64,000 nt of DNA from Macrostomum lignano (taxonomy: Eukaryota): positions 1-64,000 of the forward strand of contig NIVC01003865.1 in NCBI GenBank assembly GCA_002269645.1, written 5' to 3'. Position 1 is the stretch's first letter; each line of letters starts with the position of its first letter. This document shows positions 60,201 through 64,000 of this stretch, one piece after another. Position numbers and translations under genes: made by a program. The notes under the pieces are model-generated. The model was not told where the DNA came from, made no database searches, and was given only the letters and a program-made list of their open reading frames with translations.

Positions 60201-60969
60201 ATTGATTTCCACAAACTTGGAAGGATAGGGTTGGCATTTGGTCTAAATAAGAGCATTTTACTGGAAAAGAAGTAAAGCTGCAGGCCTATTGGTTGAGGGC
60301 TGCTATAGAGAATAGGGCTGCTGTTGCACCGGAATGCGCTAGTGGCACATGTTCAATCCTTTTTTGGGCAATATGAGCTCCTACTGCCTAATAATGATCT
60401 AAATTTAGTCCTATTTTTAATCAATTTGAAAATAGCTTTAATAGCTTTGCAATAGATCATTGTCCATAAGTAAGGATTAGCTAATTGTTCAGGTTATATG
60501 AGTAAAGTACAGATAGTCAACTTCAACACTAATGCACGCTCACTATCCAACCCATAGGAGGGCGGCAAGAAGTACTTTCGCCGGGCCGATCTGGCCAAAA
60601 AAGAGGAGGCCGCCTACATCGCCAAGCACAGCGGCAGCGGCTCTGCTGCCGGCTGCAGCGCTTCCAGTGTCAATGGTGCCGCTGGCGGCGGCACATCCGG
60701 CGAGCAGCAGAAGGCGGACAGCAGCGGCAGCTCAGTCAACCAGATCAGCCTGCGCGAGGTTCGGCGCCGACTGCGCGAGAGAAACCAGCCTATTCGATTG
60801 TTTGGCGAGACCGACGAGCTGGTCAGGGCCCGGCTGAAGCTGCTGGAGTCCGAGGACACCGAGGATAAGGGCCTGCGCAACGACCTGCAGGCCGCTATGG
60901 AAAAGGTCGGGACAGACGCCAAGTCAGACAGACAGACACTAAAATAGACAGACAGACAGACAGACAGTA

Positions 60970-61018
<49 letters not shown>

Positions 61019-61039
61019 GTCACACAGATAGACAGTCAC

Positions 61040-61110
<71 letters not shown>

Positions 61111-63067
61111 GTCACACAGATAGACAGTCACACAGACAGACAGACAGACAGACAGACATATTGCCAATATGAAGGGTCTCGATAGGTCCCCAATTACGGT
61201 GACCAAGTCAGCGTGAATTTTAGTCGCGCTCTGGCCAAGTTGCGAAACCCATAGAGATGTAAAAATGCCATCGGTCGGCCTGAAAGACGTCATTATAAAC
61301 GATGGAAAAACCGCTAATACAATTTGACATACAAAAACAGACACTAAGATACTAAATATTTATCCTAGAAGGATTCGACCTAGAATTATGTAACAGTCAC
61401 AGACAGCCTGTTTGGTCACAGACAGCCATTGCTTCTAAATAATGTTTAGCTTGCACTTTATCTCCACCAATACAAATCTTAACTGTACAGGCCGATGCCA
61501 ACTACATCCGCGAGCTGATGGACAAGGAGCACGGCAGTCTGGACGTTCAAACCAAGGACGCCATTCTAGACGACGAGGAGAAACGCGAATTAGCCGCTAA
61601 ACTGGCCGACCCAAAACTGCACGAGTTCGAACAGATGGACGGAGTGCTGCGCTGTTTCAAGCACATCCTGTGCACCTGGGGCAGCAGGCTGAACTCCCGG
61701 TCGGCTGAGGAGAAGCAGAGCAACAGGTACAGTTGCCGACTAGAAGTGCTTTTCAGTTGTAGAATTTGAGTCTCTAGTTGCTATGGAAACAGTTACAGGA
61801 GATTTCAGTTCCAGAATTGGAGTTTCCAGTTCCAGAATTGAATATTCCGGTTTCAGAATTGGATATTCCAGTTTCAGAATTGGAGTTTCCAGTTTCAGAA
61901 TTGGAGTTTCCAGTTTCAGAATTGGAGTTTCCAGTTCCAGAATTGAATATTCCGGTTTCAGAATTGGATATTCCAGTTTCAGAATTGGAGTTTCCAGTTT
62001 CAGAATTGGAGTTTCCAGTTTCAGAATTGGAGTTTCCAGTTCCAGAATTGAATATTCCGGTTTCAGAATCGGAGATTCCAGTTCCGGAATTGGAGATTCT
62101 GGTTTCAGAATTGGAGTTTCCAGTTCCAGAATCGGAGATTCTGGTTTCAGAATTGGAGTTTCCAGTTCCAGAATTGGAGTTTCCAGTTCCAGAATTGGAG
62201 ATTCCAGTTCCAGAATTGGAGTTTCCAGTTTCAGAATTGGAGTTTCCAGTTCCAGAATTGAATATTCCGGTTTCAGAATTGGAGTTTCCAGTTCCAGAAT
62301 TGGAGATTCCAGTTCCAGAATTGGAGTTTCCAGTTTCAGAATTGGAGTTTCCAGTTCCAGAATTGAATATTCCGGTTTCAGAATTGGAGTTTCCAGTTCC
62401 AGAATTGAATATTCCGGTTTCAGAATTGGAGTTTCCAGTTCCAGAATTGAATATTCCGGTTTCAGAATTGGAGTTTCCAGTTCCAGAATTGAATATTCCG
62501 GTTTCAGAATTGGAGTTTCCAGTTCCAGAATTGAATATTCCGGTTTCAGACACGGAGATTCCGGTTCCAGAATCGGAGATTCCGGTTCAGTAAAAGAGAT
62601 CAGTTGCATGGTATCTTTCATTGTTTGCTACGCTCGTACTATAAAAACTGTCCATATCCAGGGGCCGACTAGAGAGCGCCAAGTACACCCAAACGGTGGA
62701 GTACATCCAGCCGCTATTCAAAGCGCTCAAGGACCACAAGATGACCTACGATATTGCTGACAGCTTGGCCCGCATCGTGCAGAATCTCCTGACAAAGAAT
62801 TACATCGAGGCCAACGCCGCCTACATGGAGCTGGCCATCGGGAACGCGCCCTGGCCTCTGGGCGTCACCAACCACGGAATTCATTCTCGCCCAGCTCAGG
62901 CCGGCATTCACGCTAAAAATGTTGCCCACGTGCTCAACGACGAGACGCAGCGCAAGTACATTCAGAGCATCAAGCGGCTGATGTCGCTGGCGCAGGAGTT
63001 TTTCCCCACCGATCCGCACAAATGCGTCAATTATATGGGGCCGAATATGCCCAGCTACCGGCTCTGA
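57279..63067 (+). CDS. PRPF18: Pre-mRNA splicing factor 18, 4 exons, ~350 aa
   Basis: Exons 57279-57341 (MDLLKQEILQRKRKL), 60558-60905 (KKYFRRADL; PRP4-like EVRRRLRERNQPIRLFGET; GLRNDL), 61491-61726, 62662-63067 (ANAAYMELAIGNAPWPLGVT..AHVLNDETQRKYIQSIKRLM..FPTDP). All GT-AG with matching phases. Confidence 0.96.
60925..61158. repeat. (CAGA)n microsatellite in PRPF18 intron 2
   Basis: Direct reading. Confidence 0.97.
61790..62590. repeat. 21-bp minisatellite (TTCAGAATTGGAGTTTCCAGT) in PRPF18 intron 3
   Basis: Direct reading. The unit is a multiple of 3 and produces long spurious ORFs. Confidence 0.97.
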
Positions 63068-63074
63068 TGCGTAT

Positions 63075-63390
63075 TGGACAAAGACTAGTGGGATTGTGAT
63101 TGGAGACACTTATGGCTTAGATTGGACAAATACTACTAATGTTGAGATTGAAGAAAGACAAGTGTGATTCAGATTGGACAAAGACTAGTGGGATTAAAAT
63201 TGGACAAAGACTAGTGAGGTTGAGATTGGATAAAGACTAGTAAGGTTGAGATTGGATAAAAATTGGATAAGGAACTAGTGGGATTCAGATTGGACAAAGA
63301 CTAATCGGGTTTAGGGTTGAGATTGGACAAGGACTAGTTGGATTGAAATTCAACAAAGACTAGTGGAACTGAGATTGAACAAAAACTTCC
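63075..63390. repeat. Degenerate ~25-bp repeat (GATTGGACAAAGACTAGTGG) just after the PRPF18 stop
   Basis: Recurrent ATTGGA[CT]AAAGACTAGT motif. Confidence 0.8.
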
Positions 63391-63672
63391 AAATTAATAG
63401 ATTAACAAAAATTATGGCTGATCTAATATACTTTAAGGTTCAATATATTTAACATCACCCTTAAATCTGGCAGTGTACTCGTACCTGTAATGCACACCAA
63501 AAATCGTTTCATAGCGTGTACTTGTTCTCACTGCCAATGTATATACTCGTACAAATACAGTCAAAATTCTTGTATGTACTTTCAAATGTGTTTGTTTATC
63601 TTGATGATGTTTGTTTTTTAACACCGCGAGAAACAGCGCATCCTGCTAAGACTGTCTCACTTCCTCAGCTAC

Positions 63673-63800
63673 TCAAACAAATGAATTCTCTTGCAGCGTC
63701 GTCACGGGATCGGGCTGAGATTTCCCTCCTGCTGTAGCTGCTTCCACTGGTTCCACTGTGGAACTTTCAGTTCGTAAAATCAGCAGGCTTATGGGTGCGC
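63673..63800 (-). CDS. Possible terminal exon of a gene entering from the right
   Basis: Acceptor ctaacag| followed by APISLLILRTESSTVEPVEAATAGGKSQPDPVTTLQENSFV*. No upstream exon lies within the window. Confidence 0.3.
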
Positions 63801-63808
63801 CTGTTAGC

Positions 63809-64000
63809 TGTGGGATAGAGTGAGGGAGTGTAGGATAGAGTGAGGGAGTGTGGGATAGAGTGAGGGAGTGTGGGATAGAGTGAGGGAGTGTGGGATAGAG
63901 TGAGGGAGTGTGGGATAGAGTGAGGGAGTGTGGGATAGAGTGAGGGAGCGTGGGATAGAGTGAGGGAGTGTGGGATAGAGTGAGGGAGTGTGGGATAGAG
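63809..64000. repeat. 20-bp minisatellite (GGGATAGAGTGAGGGAGTGT), runs off the right edge
   Basis: Direct reading. Confidence 0.97.

Noticed and set aside
61740-62760. 259-325 aa ORFs in several frames on both strands (ELETPIL, SETGNSN, IGVSSSR repeats)
   Set aside because: A 21-bp intronic minisatellite with a unit length divisible by 3, inside PRPF18 intron 3.

Overview
Eukaryotic (animal) genomic DNA with GC-rich exons, AT-rich introns and many tandem repeats. The style resembles a repeat-rich flatworm such as Macrostomum, but that is inference only. Five spliced genes can be assembled by hand: RPIA (+, 7819-11741), an NPDC1/cab-1-like membrane protein (-, 17148-24126), a DUF4773-like Cys-rich protein (+, 34348-42095), a DEF8-like C1 + Rubicon-homology protein (-, 45162-51170) and PRPF18 (+, 57279-63067). 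The window opens in a homogeneous 74-bp satellite, and most large introns contain their own minisatellite. Mobile elements include a full-length 5.75-kb APE-RT-RNaseH non-LTR retrotransposon inserted with a 13-bp TSD into a 34-bp minisatellite, and a 3.5-kb DNA transposon whose left inverted repeat is amplified into a 161-bp tandem array with a higher-order repeat. There is also an internally deleted mariner with ~210-bp inverted repeats, several MITEs with clean TSDs, and truncated LINE fragments. Most ORFs in the supplied track are translations of tandem repeats and are not genes. No CRISPR array, tRNA or rRNA was seen.
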